A DNA stretch of 64,000 bases from Cycas panzhihuaensis (Eukaryota; Plantae; Cycadophyta), in the NCBI GenBank assembly GCA_023213395.1, contig CM041465.1, positions 1,364,001-1,428,000 of the forward strand, given 5' to 3'. The stretch's first letter is position 1. Every line of letters begins with the position of its first letter. Below are positions 31,122 to 45,829 of the stretch, piece by piece. The notes beneath the pieces were generated by a model, which saw only the letters and a program-made list of their open reading frames with translations, did no database searches and had not been told where the DNA came from. The position numbers were made by a program, and so were the translations under genes.

Positions 31122-32599
31122 GATACCCTCAATGAATTTAATATTAATATTATTGAGCATGTGAGATAGGTGCCAAAACAGGTGGATTGTAATGATAAGA
31201 CCAAGGAAGATTCAAGTCAAATGCATGATCATCTTGTTGCACAAGAACCTTATCCTCCATTTTAAGGGGAGAAATATGATGATATGACAGTTGCTCATAG
31301 CATAAAGACTTTAGAAGACAAAGTTAAAGTTCTAAGAGACAAAGCCAAAGTTATAGCAACACATCCACATTTAAATCAAGCTATATTTACTTACATATTT
31401 TTTGCACCACTCAATGGTAAAAGGACACATGTTGCTATAAGGATGAGGCAAGTTAATAAAGATCAATCTACAAAATAGATTTTCAAAAAAAAATTTAAGT
31501 ATAAATTTTACAAGATTAAAGAGAAGACAAAATTGTTCATGATGACCATTAAGGGGGAGAATATTGGGATTAATGATCATCACCCCACTCCCATCTTTCA
31601 ACCAAGAGTGCACACCTCACTCTCACCAATTTACACATGTGGGTGCTCATATGTGAAGGTAAGTATAAGGTAAGGTTAAATTGATTTGATTTAATTTGAG
31701 TTAAGTTAAGTTATATTTTATTATTGTTTAAATTTTAGGGGTTGAGGAGTTTCCCTCCTCCCTCAAATTATATATTTGGAGGGGTGTGCACCCCTAGTGT
31801 CTTTAGACACCACTTACTTTTTGACATTTGTAATGTATTCTCTCAAATAATGGATTGAATATAAAGGATTTTCAGTTTATGCAACAATGAAATGATTATG
31901 TATTTATGTTATACCCTATTCTCCATCATTTATTTTCCTTCATAGACATGGTTTCCATATAATTAAGGAGGACTTTTTCTACTACTTTATGTGGTAATAC
32001 TATCATTAGTTTTACTTGTGGTTTTGATGCCTCCTTTGTTTCAATTAAATCATCATGGAACTAATCTTGTGAAAATATTTATCCTCCAATAATCAGATGC
32101 CAAATCATAATTAACTCAAATAGTTAATTTATTTCTTTTAATAACCTAGTCATTATAATTTTATTTTTACATATAGTGCAATAACATTATTGCCTTTCCT
32201 CAATGACTTGTATTAGGATAAGTGTATTAACATTTTATGATATTATAGGTTTTTTGTACAACTTATCTTAAGATGCACCATCTATGTTAAATGTCCTGAG
32301 ATAAGATACTATGTTGCATGCTTCCTATATTTGCTCACTTATATACTTGTTCTTATTATAGGATCTAAATAGCTTTAGCTAGTCTATCCTTCTCCTCTAA
32401 AGTATTTGGATAATTTTCAACCACTTAAGGGAATTAAGCATATTGTCACTCTATGAGATTAGACTCAAAGTGCTTTTGTCTCTCAAAAAATATCTCTATA
32501 ATAGTTTTACTGATATTATCTTCCTTTATAAGTAATGTTTTATGTAATGATCTCAAGGCCTATAATCTTCATATAGCTTATTCTCTTCCTTTTAAAAGA

Positions 32600-33520
32600 A
32601 TGGGCATTTTCTATGACAATGCCTCTTCTTATTGTAAATGAAGCGCCTTTGTGGTATAAGAGGCATCAACAATATCTCCTTATATAAAGATCTCCTTTGC
32701 ATTAGATTATTTCAACTTGTAAAAAATGAATGTTGCCCTCCACTCAAATATTTGGGATGAAAGGGACAATCACCTATGGTATGGCTCATATGCTTCCTAT
32801 AGATTTTGCATAAATGTAAGTTAGAAGGCCATGGTAAACATATTGTCTATTATTTATGCTAATGATTATCATGTCCCTATGTATTATAGCTAAAATAACA
32901 CACCACCAGTCTCTCTAATGTTAAGTAACAAAATTATATAGCTAGTACTATAAGCTTCTACATAAGATCCTTTCACAAATGCTTATATATATTCTCTTAT
33001 CCTAACTTAGTATCGCAACCTAACTTATCTCCTTCTCCTTCTTCTCTTAAACCATTTTGCCTTAGTATCTCTCTTCAAATTAAAGAGCCCACCCTAATGT
33101 ACTTGCATATGTATCTATGATAACTACCTGTAATTTACCTTGATAACAAGGTAGTAATCCTTCTAAGAACTAATGTACAATCTATCCATCTCATGGTTTT
33201 TTCTTCAAATTTAAGATTAATAACTATAAACGACTATCATATTCTTTTATTGACTCTAAAAATTTTCTCCTTTAATGTATTTAAGTTATACATTATTGAG
33301 GCATCGTCATGTCTATATTTACATCATTCAATGGATTTTTCTTAAGTGTCTTTATAATATTTAAAAGATTTCTTTGCAACTCAAGGATCATAAAAGATTT
33401 CTACATTATTTGAATCTTTTCCATCCTCTAAACATATGTACAAATGAGTAAATGACTATCACAATCCCCATTACCATCAAAGTTAGGTAGATAAATAGAT
33501 TACTCCTCCTTGGATGAAGA
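32600..33520 (-). pseudogene. Decayed Ty3/gypsy gag of an old host element I (its upstream part continues at 46473-47094)
   Basis: MSSSKEE*SIYLPNFDGNGDCDSHLLICTYV*..LKEKILESIKEYDSRL*LL..FLEGLLP..YASTL..FEE follows the Retrotrans_gag pattern; split by element B. Confidence 0.6.
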
Positions 33521-36500
33521 CATATAAGATGATGTTACATAACCACATGTAGCTAGAAGAAATAAGATACTAGCACTCATAGTTAAGGTACTAGGAAATT
33601 AAGTGATAGTCATTAACTTTTATGCATAGGCTGTTAAGCCCCCAATGAAATACAAGGTCATTTGGATCGCCAATAAGATTATAGAGAAAATTCCCTCTTT
33701 TATCTATTTAAGAGCCACAAATTATAAAGGAAGGGTTGTTGTGTAATCATTTTATCTCGAGAGATTGGTACTTTGGTACTCTTTAGTTTATTTTCATGTC
33801 CATTGGTGCTCTTTGGTGATCTTCAATTTTGAGATTGGTTTCTATTAATAATATAAGTATTACACTTTTCTGCTTATTTCTTCATTATCCATTTTATGTA
33901 TGAGTAAAGTGAAATAGTCATATCCCAACTAGTATCAAAGCTAGTTTTTTGATCTAATAGGAAGCAAGCTCGAAGGAAGCTAAGGGGGAAGGGAAATTCT
34001 TCCCTTAGTATATCATTATAAACCCTTCTATACACTTTTGTTTATTTCTTTTCAAAGTAGTATCTGTTCAAATTTATTATCAGTCTATCAAGCTACAAGT
34101 GGGTAGCAAAGTCCCACCCTATCCCTTCTCTTTCCCCTAGTGGTTAAGTAGAGATCATGTGCTAGGGATTTTTAAATATAATGGGGATCTATTATTCTAA
34201 GCTAAGTGTATGTGTCTATAAACCCACGTGATGCAAAATGATGTAACAACATTTACGCAAACTTTAAATAAAGCCTGCTATGGAAGTAAGCCTCCACGTA
34301 CCTTCAAGTATATAGGAGGACCTTTATAGGTTCCTTTATTAGTTTAACATAGGAAGACTATCAGTCATTTATCCCTCTGTGGTAGATGCGTTAGTGATTA
34401 GTACTCGAAAGTTACCCTACTTGAATACCTTTACATGGTTGTAGACCTTACAATGATGCACATTCCTCCGTAGGTAGTGCCCTAAGATATTAGGTTGAGT
34501 TATAATAACAACAAGGAAATTTATAATAGGGTCATAGTTAAACACTCCTTTGTTAGAATTTGGTAGGCTCCCCTATCACCTATATAACATTAATTATGCA
34601 AGTATTCTATATAAAGATCCTCAAATTATTACATTTTTATTAATATTGTTGGAGAATTACTACAAATTCCTAATTACAAGATTAAAAAATGACAATAACC
34701 TATTGTTGAATTTAAATTAGAAAAATCACTCTTCAACAAGACTGAAAAATTGGAATGCTTATTATATTTCTACAAAATTTGCACAATTTAGCTCCCAAGA
34801 TCTTTTAATATAATTAACATCCAAAAACACAACATTAGAAATCCTACCCAAATATTAAATATTAGAATTGATATTCACTTCACTTGAGTCTAGCTCATTT
34901 CACAGTCAATATTTAGTCTAGTTGAGTTCAATCCTTCAAACCTCTTAGTTAGTCCTCTTTAATCCTATGAAAAATTTTTAAAAGGAGGGATAAAAAGAGT
35001 CTACATGGTTATTTTAGTAAATTTCTTTGTTTCTGACAAAATCTACACTGTTGGACTTATGATCAAAAAAAGTCCACAACAAAAAAACAATTACCTTATT
35101 AATTTACACATCTTGTTTTAATTAGTATACCATGCTAATTCATTTGTATTAAGTTATTTTTAACAGTTATTATTAGCAAAAATTACCTATATGGTGCCCA
35201 TTGGCCCTACAGTAAAAAAAAATTACTTTATTTTGCCTCTACCATTATGACAAGTATTTTGCACTCATTCTAATTCAATAAGTGATTCTCTTATCCATTT
35301 TTGGGATTAACAGGGTATACACCCCTCCCCCCCCTCCCTCTCTCTTTCCTTAAGTATAATCCCCACTTGTATAATCCATTCTATCTATCTAACCCTACTT
35401 CAGTACATCCCCTTCTATCTCACTCATCTTGGTTTCTTATATTCCTTTTATCTTACTTGTATCTTACTTCATACAATCCTTTTCTTTCTATATGATGGTC
35501 CATACATCTTAAGCAGAATACATTTCTATATTAGAAACTTAGTTCTTAGAGTTTTAAAAAGAAGTTAAGGCTAGCATGTCTTCTCTTACATCTAAGTTAG
35601 ATATCATTGAAATAATAAAGCAAATTGCTCAAATGTAAGAATAATCATATTAATTGAACTCCTAGTCTTCCAGTAGTACACCTACAATATAAGATTCAAC
35701 TCTCCTCCATGTCAACTATAATTTTACCAGAAGATCAATATTCCTATCTTTGATATAGATTTGAATAGAGACAACGCCTCTATATAGATAAGTAAACTTG
35801 AATCTCACTTCTCCCTTAACCCAATGACTAAAGGTGAGTAATTAACATTCAAATATATTCATCTTAAAGATCAAGTACATTGTTAGTTTTGTTAGTGGCA
35901 TCAAGAATACCCATAGAACATGACATAGACAAACTCCTTTACATGTTTTTTTGATCTATATAATGAAACTTAGAACTAATCATTCTTCAATCAACTTATA
36001 GGTCTGAAATAGGTGTCCTTAGTTGAAACATACATAAATGAGTTTCAATCCTTATAAAATTATATTTCCCAAAGTTTAGACAAGCAAACCTAGATAGACA
36101 CTTATGTCATATGCTTAAAAGAACACATTAAAATGTTCCTAAGAACCATGGAAATCTTAAGTCTCAAATATGCAATATGAAGCACTAAAGTAGTTGAGGT
36201 TGAATTTGTAACATAAAGAACATCTTTTCTCCAATGAGATACTACATGGTATGAGTGATTACAATAAGATAAATTCCTATGTTAATGACACTAGGTGAAT
36301 GACTCATATGGACCTATTGAAAAATGACTTTCAAAAGAGCCCATGAATAAGCCAATCTAAGTCTTATTGATAGAGGTACACCAACATATCATAACCAACC
36401 TTCATATTCGATGCTCAAAAAAGTGGACCCCTAGACATCATAAAGTTTGCAAAGCAAAGAACATGGTCTTTAGAATAGATATTAACCTATCTATGGAAGA

Positions 36501-39500
36501 TGACTCTAATTTTGAACTAGAATTTGATGAAAAACCTTATTTGAAACCCCATGTTAGAACTAGAAGTCTCTTTATCTATAATAGCATCCTATTTGTGAAC
36601 TAAATCACTACATGTTAAAGGAACACTTAAGAAAATGCCAATTACTATTCTGATCAACAATGGTGCATCACTAAACTTCATAGATATTTCCTTCACTAAA
36701 TAATTGAATTATTATATTGTCCTAAAAATTAGATTTGCATATTCCCTACATGATCATTATAAGCATCATTATACTAAAATACTTAAGAACTTCATTATCT
36801 AAATTGGTACTTGTAAATTAACCTCTAATTTTTATGCCCTCTCTATTGGTGGATCATATATTATTCTTAGACTCCAGTGGCTCTAAACATTAGGTATATA
36901 CAACACAAATAACTCCTCCACTAATCCATTCATTTTATTTAAGGACCAAATGGGACAAACCGATAAACTCTATATCTCTATAATACAACCCTCCTTAACA
37001 AACTAATTTTCCCACACCAAATGAGGAAATAGTTAAGTAGCTAAGTATATTGCATTATATACATCATCAACATTTAAGCCCTAATAGACATTCACCCTAA
37101 CATCTAGTATATATTTAATAAATATCAAGTTATTTTTACCCCTTTTACTAGTTAGCCCCCCATTAGATCATGGGTGTTACCACACCATTTAGCTAAAAAA
37201 TATCTATAACCCTATTAGTCTTTGACCTTATAAGAATTTCTACTTTGAAAAGAATGAGAATGAAAAGATTACCAATGAGATAATGAAAATGGAGTTAATT
37301 TAACCTAGCAAAAACCTATATGTTACCCCTATCATGTTAGTTAGAAAAAAGGATGGCTCATTTAGGCTGTGGGTCAATTATTGGGAACTTAATAAAATAA
37401 CCATAAAAAATAAGTTCCCTCTCTTTAAAATCAATGACATATTAGATGAGATCTATGGTGCCATAATCTTTACCAAGATGGATCTCTAATCTAAATACTA
37501 TTAATTTCCCATTTCACTTAAATCCATCATGAAATTACCTTTTGTATACACCATGGCCACTTTAAATTTCATGTCATGTCTTTTGGCATATACAATGCCT
37601 CCGCCATATTTCAATTCCTCATGATCTAGATATTTGTCCCTTACCTTAGGAAAATTACTATTATTTTATTTAATAATATTCTTATTTATAGTAGGGACAT
37701 GGCCATTCATACTTACCATTTAGTGAAAGTCTTGAAAATTTTATCCAAACACCAATTATATGCTAAGCTCTCTAAGTGTGAGTTTGGTAAGTCTAAACTT
37801 TAATACCTTGGCCACATTTTCTCTGCAAAAGGTGTTTGGGTTGACCCTGATAAGATAATAGTTATTACAAACTGGCTAATCCCAAAAAACCATACCTAAT
37901 TATATGATTTCTTAGAATTCATGGGATTTTATAAGTAGTTCATCTAGAATTATACAACCTAAATGACATTGTTAACCAATTTACTCTAAAAGGATTCTTT
38001 CTAATGGTCACCTATTGCTAATGATGCCTTTACCCATTATAAAGAAGTCATGTCCTCTACATCAATCTTGGCCACTTTAGACTTCTCTCAACCATTCAAA
38101 CTAGAATGTGATATGCCAAGCTTTAAATTGGGTATTGTCCTTATGTAAAACCTGCATCATATTACTTTTGGAAGTCAAAAACTTAAAGACAATGAGTGTA
38201 GGTTGTCTACCTACCAAAAAGAAATGAAGGCCATTCTTCATGCCATTGAGAAATGGTGCTAATATCTTATTAGATCCAAGTTCACCATCCTAACTAATCA
38301 CCATAGTTTTTATTGCTTATTGGACCAACCAATTTTATCCAAGCAATATGCTAAATAGATGGAGTACCTCCAAGTTTTTTATTTCACAATCACTTATAAG
38401 AAAGGCCAAGATAATGTAGTAATAAATGCTCTTTTATGCTTTCTTACTAACTCATCTCCCATTCCCTCACATGAATCCTCCATTCATGCTATCTCCACTC
38501 TACATCTTATATGGATACAAGACTTGGAATAGAAAAACCAGTTCCAACTTAATTATGACAAATGGGCTGATAAAGTTCTTACTCAAAAAAATTGATCCAT
38601 TCAAAATAATCTCCTTCTATATAAAAACCACATATTTATCTACCTGGCTTCCAAATTTATTCCTCAAATCTTAGTAGAATACCATTCTACTCTATAAGGA
38701 AGCCATTCCAAATTTGACAAAACCTACAAATGAATTTGTTTTGAGTTCTTTTGGTTGTACATGAAAGCCATTCTATCATTTATTTTAGAATATAATACAT
38801 GTCAACATAATAAAGTTGAACCAAGTCTGTTATAGCCATTATATATTTTGTAAAGGAAATGTCAAGATATTACTATGGACTTTATTATAAGTCTCCCTCA
38901 ATCTATCAGGTATAACTATATTAGTGGCCATTGATCACTTGCCAAAATACATGCATTTTTTTCTAATCCTAGTTTGTATAAAGCATCACTCATTGTAAAT
39001 CTGTATCTTCAAATAATATTTCATTTAGATGGCTTTCTATCAACCATAGTATATGATTGAGATCCAAAATTCACTAGCTCCTTTTAGTAAGAGCTCTTCA
39101 AGCCTCAAGTACATCATTCAACATGAGTTTTGCCTACCACCCCAAATGGATGACCCATCAAAAGTTCTCAAAAAAACATTAAAAACTTATAGTATTGCTT
39201 CCTAACACTAGAGAACATGGTCATCATGGTTAGCCCTAGCATAATATTTGTATAATTCTTTTAACCACTCAACCATAGGGATGTCATCATTCATGGCCCT
39301 TTATGGGTGCATACCATCATCCCACTATATACTATTAACCAATCTTTGTATTGTGATAGTACAATAAAAACTATAACATATGGACCAAATTATTAATACC
39401 CTTAAGTAAAACCTAGTCATAGCCTAGAAACAAATGAAGCAATTAGTAGAGTGCCATTATTTAGATTGTTCCTTTGACATTAGTGATCTTATGTTCCTAT

Positions 39501-40031
39501 GTTGTTAACCCTACAAACAACAATCACTTAAATATTATATGAATCACAAGCTCAATCCCCATTATTATAACCTTTATAAAGTCCTCCAGTGTGTCATTGA
39601 AGTATCTTATGCCTTGGAACTCTTGACCAATACCATGATTAATAATATCTTCTATGTTTCTTACCTTAAGAAATATCTTGGCAAGGGAACGACCCTATAA
39701 TCAGTCATAATCATCTTAGATGAAGAGTAAACTCTCAGTGTTCCCCCTAAATACATCTTGGCCAATAGACAATGAAGTCTTTAGAATAGGATAATTATTG
39801 AGTATTTAGTATAATGGATTGATTATAAGCAAGATGAAGTGATTTGGGAATCAATAAACTTTATCAAGTAATATTTTCATCTCCTTTGCTTTAGAGACTC
39901 AACATCTCGGAGGAGGGGACCTATTATATGACCATATGTAGCTAGTAGAACCTAGACACTAGCACTCACGGTTAAGGCACTAAGAGGTTAAGTGTTATGC
40001 ATTAAGTTTTGTATGTAGACCATTAAAGCCA

Positions 40032-43000
40032 TGTTATGTACATAACCTCCTTATAGTGTATCTACCTTCTTTGCAATAAATCTACCTTCTTCCACTATTT
40101 TCATGATGTATCTTCTTCTTCTTACTCTCTCTCTCTCCACTAGTCTCTTATTGTAATTATCCCACATGCATGAGTTAAGCAAGATAAGTAACTCTCGTAG
40201 TCTTATATATATGTAGCTCTACTATTGTAACAAGCATTGGAGAATATTGTGATATTATATAGTTGGGAGGTTACCCCCTCGAAAAGGCCCATTATTGTAA
40301 GTTCTCTTTTGTGATCAATAAAGTTTCTTGAGATTTCCTTGCAAATTCTGTTCTTGTTAATTGTTAGGATTGTGGCAAGGTTATATCAAAACTCTTTTTA
40401 GGGCCATTTTTAGAGAAATTTTTTTTTCCCTTAGTATCCTACCACAATTATCTATTGTATGCTCTCACCTTACCCTCACGGGATCTTGGTGATTAGAAAG
40501 TAGGAAAAGTGGTGGGGTACTAGAAGGATGATAGGGAGATTTCTATAGTATTTAAAGTTGTGGTAGCAAGTGGCATTTCCCATCCCTTCTCTCATTATTC
40601 TTCTTGTTATAATTCTAAGGGTGGGTAATTGTGCTTGACACCTACCTCTTATTTAAGTTAGAGATCCTAGCTTGGGGGTCTTAAAATATCCTAACAAGCT
40701 ATTATTTCTAGCCTATCATACTCATGTATGAAGGAATGCATTTTAGGCTTTAGACTATGGTTGTCATGGGAGAGAGCTTCCATGTACCTTGAGTATATCA
40801 AAAGACCCCTTCTAGGTTTATTCTTGAATCTATCCTAGTGAGCCATTAAATATCTATCATCTATAGTGCATTAATAAGTGGATAGCCCTAAGAAGTTACA
40901 ATCCATGTACCCTAGAGATAGGATAGTACTACTACATAGTATAGCAAGGCCTCTATGGTGGATACCATTTATGCTTGTGACCAATATATCAGAGGGCCTA
41001 TAGACTAGACACTCCTCTAAAGGTAGGAAATTACATCCATTACTTTTTAACCATAGAAGAGTCAAAACAAAGCTATTGAGAAAGGTTTTAGTTAAGGTTC
41101 CAAGTAAGGTACCAAACTTCAAAGCTAAATATCTGTAATCTAAGAGGGATTTAGAGCTCCTATTTGAATTGGATTTAATTGTAGGCAAAAAATAAAAAAT
41201 AAAAAATAAAATCAAATAAAATAAAGAATATTAAGATTGAGCTAAGGTCAAAAAAAGAATGGCCTCCAAAAGTGTCATCCTTAAATGGAACTCTAATCCT
41301 AACAAGGCTATCACTACATTGAGAGAAGAAATGGATGACAAAGTACAAGGCTTGGTACACTGAATTGAAAGAATTGAAGGCTTAGAGGACTGTATTAAGG
41401 GGTTTATGATTGAACTAATCGACAAGGGTACCACCAGCAAGGATAACCCAATAAAAAAAGAGGACCACCCTTACAAAGAGAAGGAAAGGATAAATTTTTA
41501 TACGGATGATGAACTATTTGATAATAAACATAGAGACCAACCTTCCTCCCAAAAATAGAGCCAAACAAATTCAATGGTTCTAATGTTCAAATTTGGGTAT
41601 CTTATATGGAGTAATATTTTTCTCTTAACTAGGTCCTAAGTGATAAGAAAATAGTAACAACCTCCTTGTACATGGAATTTAAGCCATACTAATGTTACCA
41701 ATAGGTGAAAAAGAAGGATAGTAGGTTCAATTATAGATGGGATAATTTCATGAAACACTTGGAGACCCAATATGACAACACTTGGGACAATGATTATTTT
41801 AGTCAATTTGTAAAGATTCAACAGGAGGGGATAATTTCAGAATAAACCTCTATATACTAGTGTCTCTCTATACAAGTTGATAACCCCAATGAATGATAAA
41901 TGCTAGAATTATACATCGGTGGCCTTTGAGATGAGGTTAAGCATGAACTTTGCCTCTTGAACCCTCAAACAATTACAAAAGCCCATCAAACTAGCACACC
42001 ATATTGAAGCAAAGAACAAGGCACTCTAACAACCAATACAACCATATACAGGTAAAAGAATGCCATCGCATACATTAATTATATTGCAATCACTAGTTGT
42101 TCATCGAATAATAACCTGTGAAATAAATAAAAAAAGGTTAAAAGGTCTCTATTTCTAATGTAACAAAAAATAGCATAAAGAATATCGGTGTGCAAAGAAA
42201 CAATTATTTATTATTAAGAACATAGATGATGATATACTAGAGGAAGAACATACTTTAAAATAATCATACGAGGATAGTTTAGAATCTTCAGGGCCACCAA
42301 AAGCACCAATAAATGATGAGGAGGAAACAACAATAATTTTAGTCCATGCTTTAGTAAGAATATCAACCCCACAAACCCTTAAAATCATTACATATATCAA
42401 GAAACAAAGGGTGGTATTATTAATCAATTTTGGTATCACCCATAATTTTATTAATAAAAAATTAGTTGAAGAACTTAATTGTTTCTCATATCTAGTAAAC
42501 AACTTCTAGGTCATGGTCACCAATGGGGGGAATACTACCATGTGGGGGGAAATGCCATAATGTTTAACTCACCATAGGAGAGTTCTATCTATCTACTTTA
42601 ATGTTTACCATCCCTATAAGAGGAGTGGATATGGTCTTAGGAGTTCAATAGCTAAAAACACTTAGCACCTTTTAGCTTAACTTCTAAGAGTTATTCATGT
42701 GATTCAACTAGGAGGGTTCTAGTATCAACTTAATGGGATCACTCAGCTACCACTTAAGTTATTAGTTCACACAAGATGGAGAAGTTAATATAAAAGAGAT
42801 GTGCAAACTTAATTGCAAGATGTTATGCTCTTATAGGACAAGAGTCCCAAGGTGAAGTGACTCCAATCCATAATGACCACCTACTGTCCAGAATTGTATG
42901 AAGTCCTACTCAATCATCCTTAAGTCTTTTACGAATGCCCTAAAGGACTACCACCACAAAGAGAGAAAGATCGTGCCATTAAACTCATCATTGGAAGTAA

Positions 43001-45787
43001 CCCACCTAGTGTATGACCATACAGATACTCATACTAATAAAAGAATGAAATTTTAAAAATAGTACATGAGTTGTTAGATGCAAGAGTTATTCAAGAAAAT
43101 AAAAGTACTTTCTCTACTCATGTCATTTTGGTTAGGAAGAAAGATGGCCCGTTTTGGATGTATATTGACTATAGGGAACTAAATAGAATTGTAGTTGAAG
43201 ACAAATTTTCTATATTGATTATTGATGAACTATTGGATGAATTGCATGGGGCTACCATATTCACATCCCTATATCTTCGATCAGGGTACCATCAAATCAG
43301 GATTAGGGTGGAAGATGTTCACAAAATCATATTCCTAACTCATGAGGACTACTATAAATTTCTTATGATACCCTTTGGCCTCACTAATATGCATGCAACA
43401 TTCCAAGGACTTATGAACAAAATCCTTCATCCATACTTAAGAAAATTTGTCTTGGTTTTTTTCAACGACATCTTTATATATAGTTAGATAAACATCTTCA
43501 ACACATGGACAAGGTCCTAAAATTATTAGAAGAAAACCAATTATATATCAAAAGATATAAGTGTAGCTTTGGAAAAAGGGAGCTAAAGTACTTAGGACAC
43601 ATTACCTCTCTAAATGAAAAAAAGGTTAATGGAAAGAAGATCATCACAATTCAAAATTGGCCCTAACCTAAGAACATCAAAAGCCTTCAAGGATTCTTAG
43701 GATTGACTAGATACTATTGAAAATTTATAAAAGGGCATGTGAGGATAGTAACACCTTTGACACTATTGTTAAAAAAGGACTCATTCCAATGGATAAGTAC
43801 AGTAAGTGAAGCTTATATAAAGCTCAAGGAAGCCATGATGACTAAACCTGTGTTAGAAATACCTGACTTCATAAAACCATTCATAATTGAATGTGATGCA
43901 TTAGGTTAAGGATTAGGGGTAGTGCTTATACAAGAGGGATAAGCCGTAGCATTTGAAAGCTAGAAGTTATAACCATGGGACATGGGCAAGTCCACTTATG
44001 AAAAGAAAATGATAAAAATCTTATATGTAGTTAAGAAGTACTGCTAATACCTTCTTGGAGCATATTTAAAAATTAAAACAAGCAATGACAATCTTAAGTA
44101 CTTCTTGGACCAGGAGGTAGCTTCAAAGCAACAACAAAAATGGGTTGAAAAATGTAAGGTTTTGACTTTGAAATAGTTTATAAGAAAGGAAAGGAAAATG
44201 TAGTAGCTAACATCTTTTCTAGGAAAGAGGTGGAACCTACACTATACACTATCACATATATTAGTCCCTCTTGGATGCAAGAAGCATGGGCAAAATAGGA
44301 GCAAGATGTGGAAATCCAAAAAATAATCCAAGACCTCCAAAATGACCTAAAGAGTCATAAGGGGTTTTCATGGTCAGTAAATACATTATGGTATAAAAAT
44401 AGATTATACCTAAACCCATAGTCCAAGCTCAAGGAAAGGATCCTTTATGATGCCCAAAACTCACCAAAAGTTGGCCACTTAGGATTCCAAAAGATTTATC
44501 AAATGATTAAATAATTCTTTGATTAGAATGGGCTAAAATAGGACACAAAGAATTGGCTTATAAATTGTGATATCTACTAATGGCATAAAGGTAAAACCAT
44601 AAAGACCCCAGGATTAATGTAACCTCTATCAGTCCCAGATTAATGTTGGAAGGAAATATATATTGATTTTATTATGAGGTTACCCAAATTTGATGGTAAA
44701 GATGTAATCTTTATGGTGGTAGATAGGTTAACCAAATATGCCTATTTATGTGGAATTCAATCCACTTATATAGCAAAATAGATTACAGAAATATTTTTGA
44801 GGGAAATACACCACCTCCATGGAATTTTAAGGAAGATTGTTATTGATCAAGAACCTAAGTTTACTAGTCACTTTTAGACTGAATTCTTATATATGCTTAG
44901 TACCAAGCTAATCATGAGCTCAGCATACCACCCATAAATAGATGGACAAACATAGGTAGTTAATAAGTGCTTAAAAGGATATTTTCATTACTATGTCTTA
45001 GATAAGTAAAATCATTCACATCGATGGCTCCCTCTAGTAGAATGGTGGTATAATACAATTTATTATATCTCTATTAGGATAACCCTATTCCAAGCACTAT
45101 ATGGTTATCCTCCACCATCCATCTAAAACTATGTCTTTGTGACCTCCAAGGTACAACTAGTAGAGGAGCATCTACAATAATAAGCTACAGTATTTTAGAT
45201 ATTAAAAGATAACCTTAATTTAGCTCAAAATAAATTAAAGCAATAAGGTGATAAGAAGCAAAGTGAGTAGGCATTTCAACTAGGAGATTAGGTTTACCTT
45301 CACCTACAACCTTACAAATAGATGTCACTCAAAATGAATGCTAAGCACAAATTAGGGCCACCATTTTATGGGCCATATTGGGTCCTAAAATATGTGGGAT
45401 AGGTGGATTATGCCCTAGATTTATTGACAACTACCAAAATAAATAATATCTTCCATGTATCTTGTTTGAAAAAGGTTATTAGCTAACAAGTGCAAGCACA
45501 AATTGAGTTTCTACTCTTGGATGAGGAAGGAAAACTCTAGTTGATATTAGAATAATTCCTTGAGGAAAAGGTATAAGATTTACATTTTTAACAAATCAAG
45601 GAGTACCTCATCAAATGGAAGCACCCACCATGGTAAGAGTCTACCTAGGAGATTGAGTACTTTATCTAAGAATGTTCAACACTACTCAAGCTTTGAGGGT
45701 AAATCTTTTTAAGAGAGGGACTTGTTATGTACCCAACCTATTTACAATGTATCTACCTTCTTCCATTATTTTTATGATGTATCTTCT

Positions 45788-45829
<42 letters not shown>

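Larger units (their letters stand above)
25716..31942 (+). mobile_element. Non-autonomous copia-derived LTR retrotransposon E carrying captured host-gene fragments
   Basis: LTRs 25716-26111 and 31562-31942 (about 90% identical, one 15-bp indel). PBS tggtatcagag 26114-26124; PPT aagggggaga 31551-31560. Perfect TSD tagac at 25711-25715 and 31943-31947. No pol; short gag remnant near the 3' end. Confidence 0.96.

Noticed and set aside
33075-33125. VIIDTYASTLGWAL as a caulimovirus- or DIRS-type RNase H motif (TDAS..GWG)
   Set aside because: It sits in frame directly after a gypsy gag motif (ESIKEYDSRL..FLEGLLP) with no RT upstream, so it fits gag.
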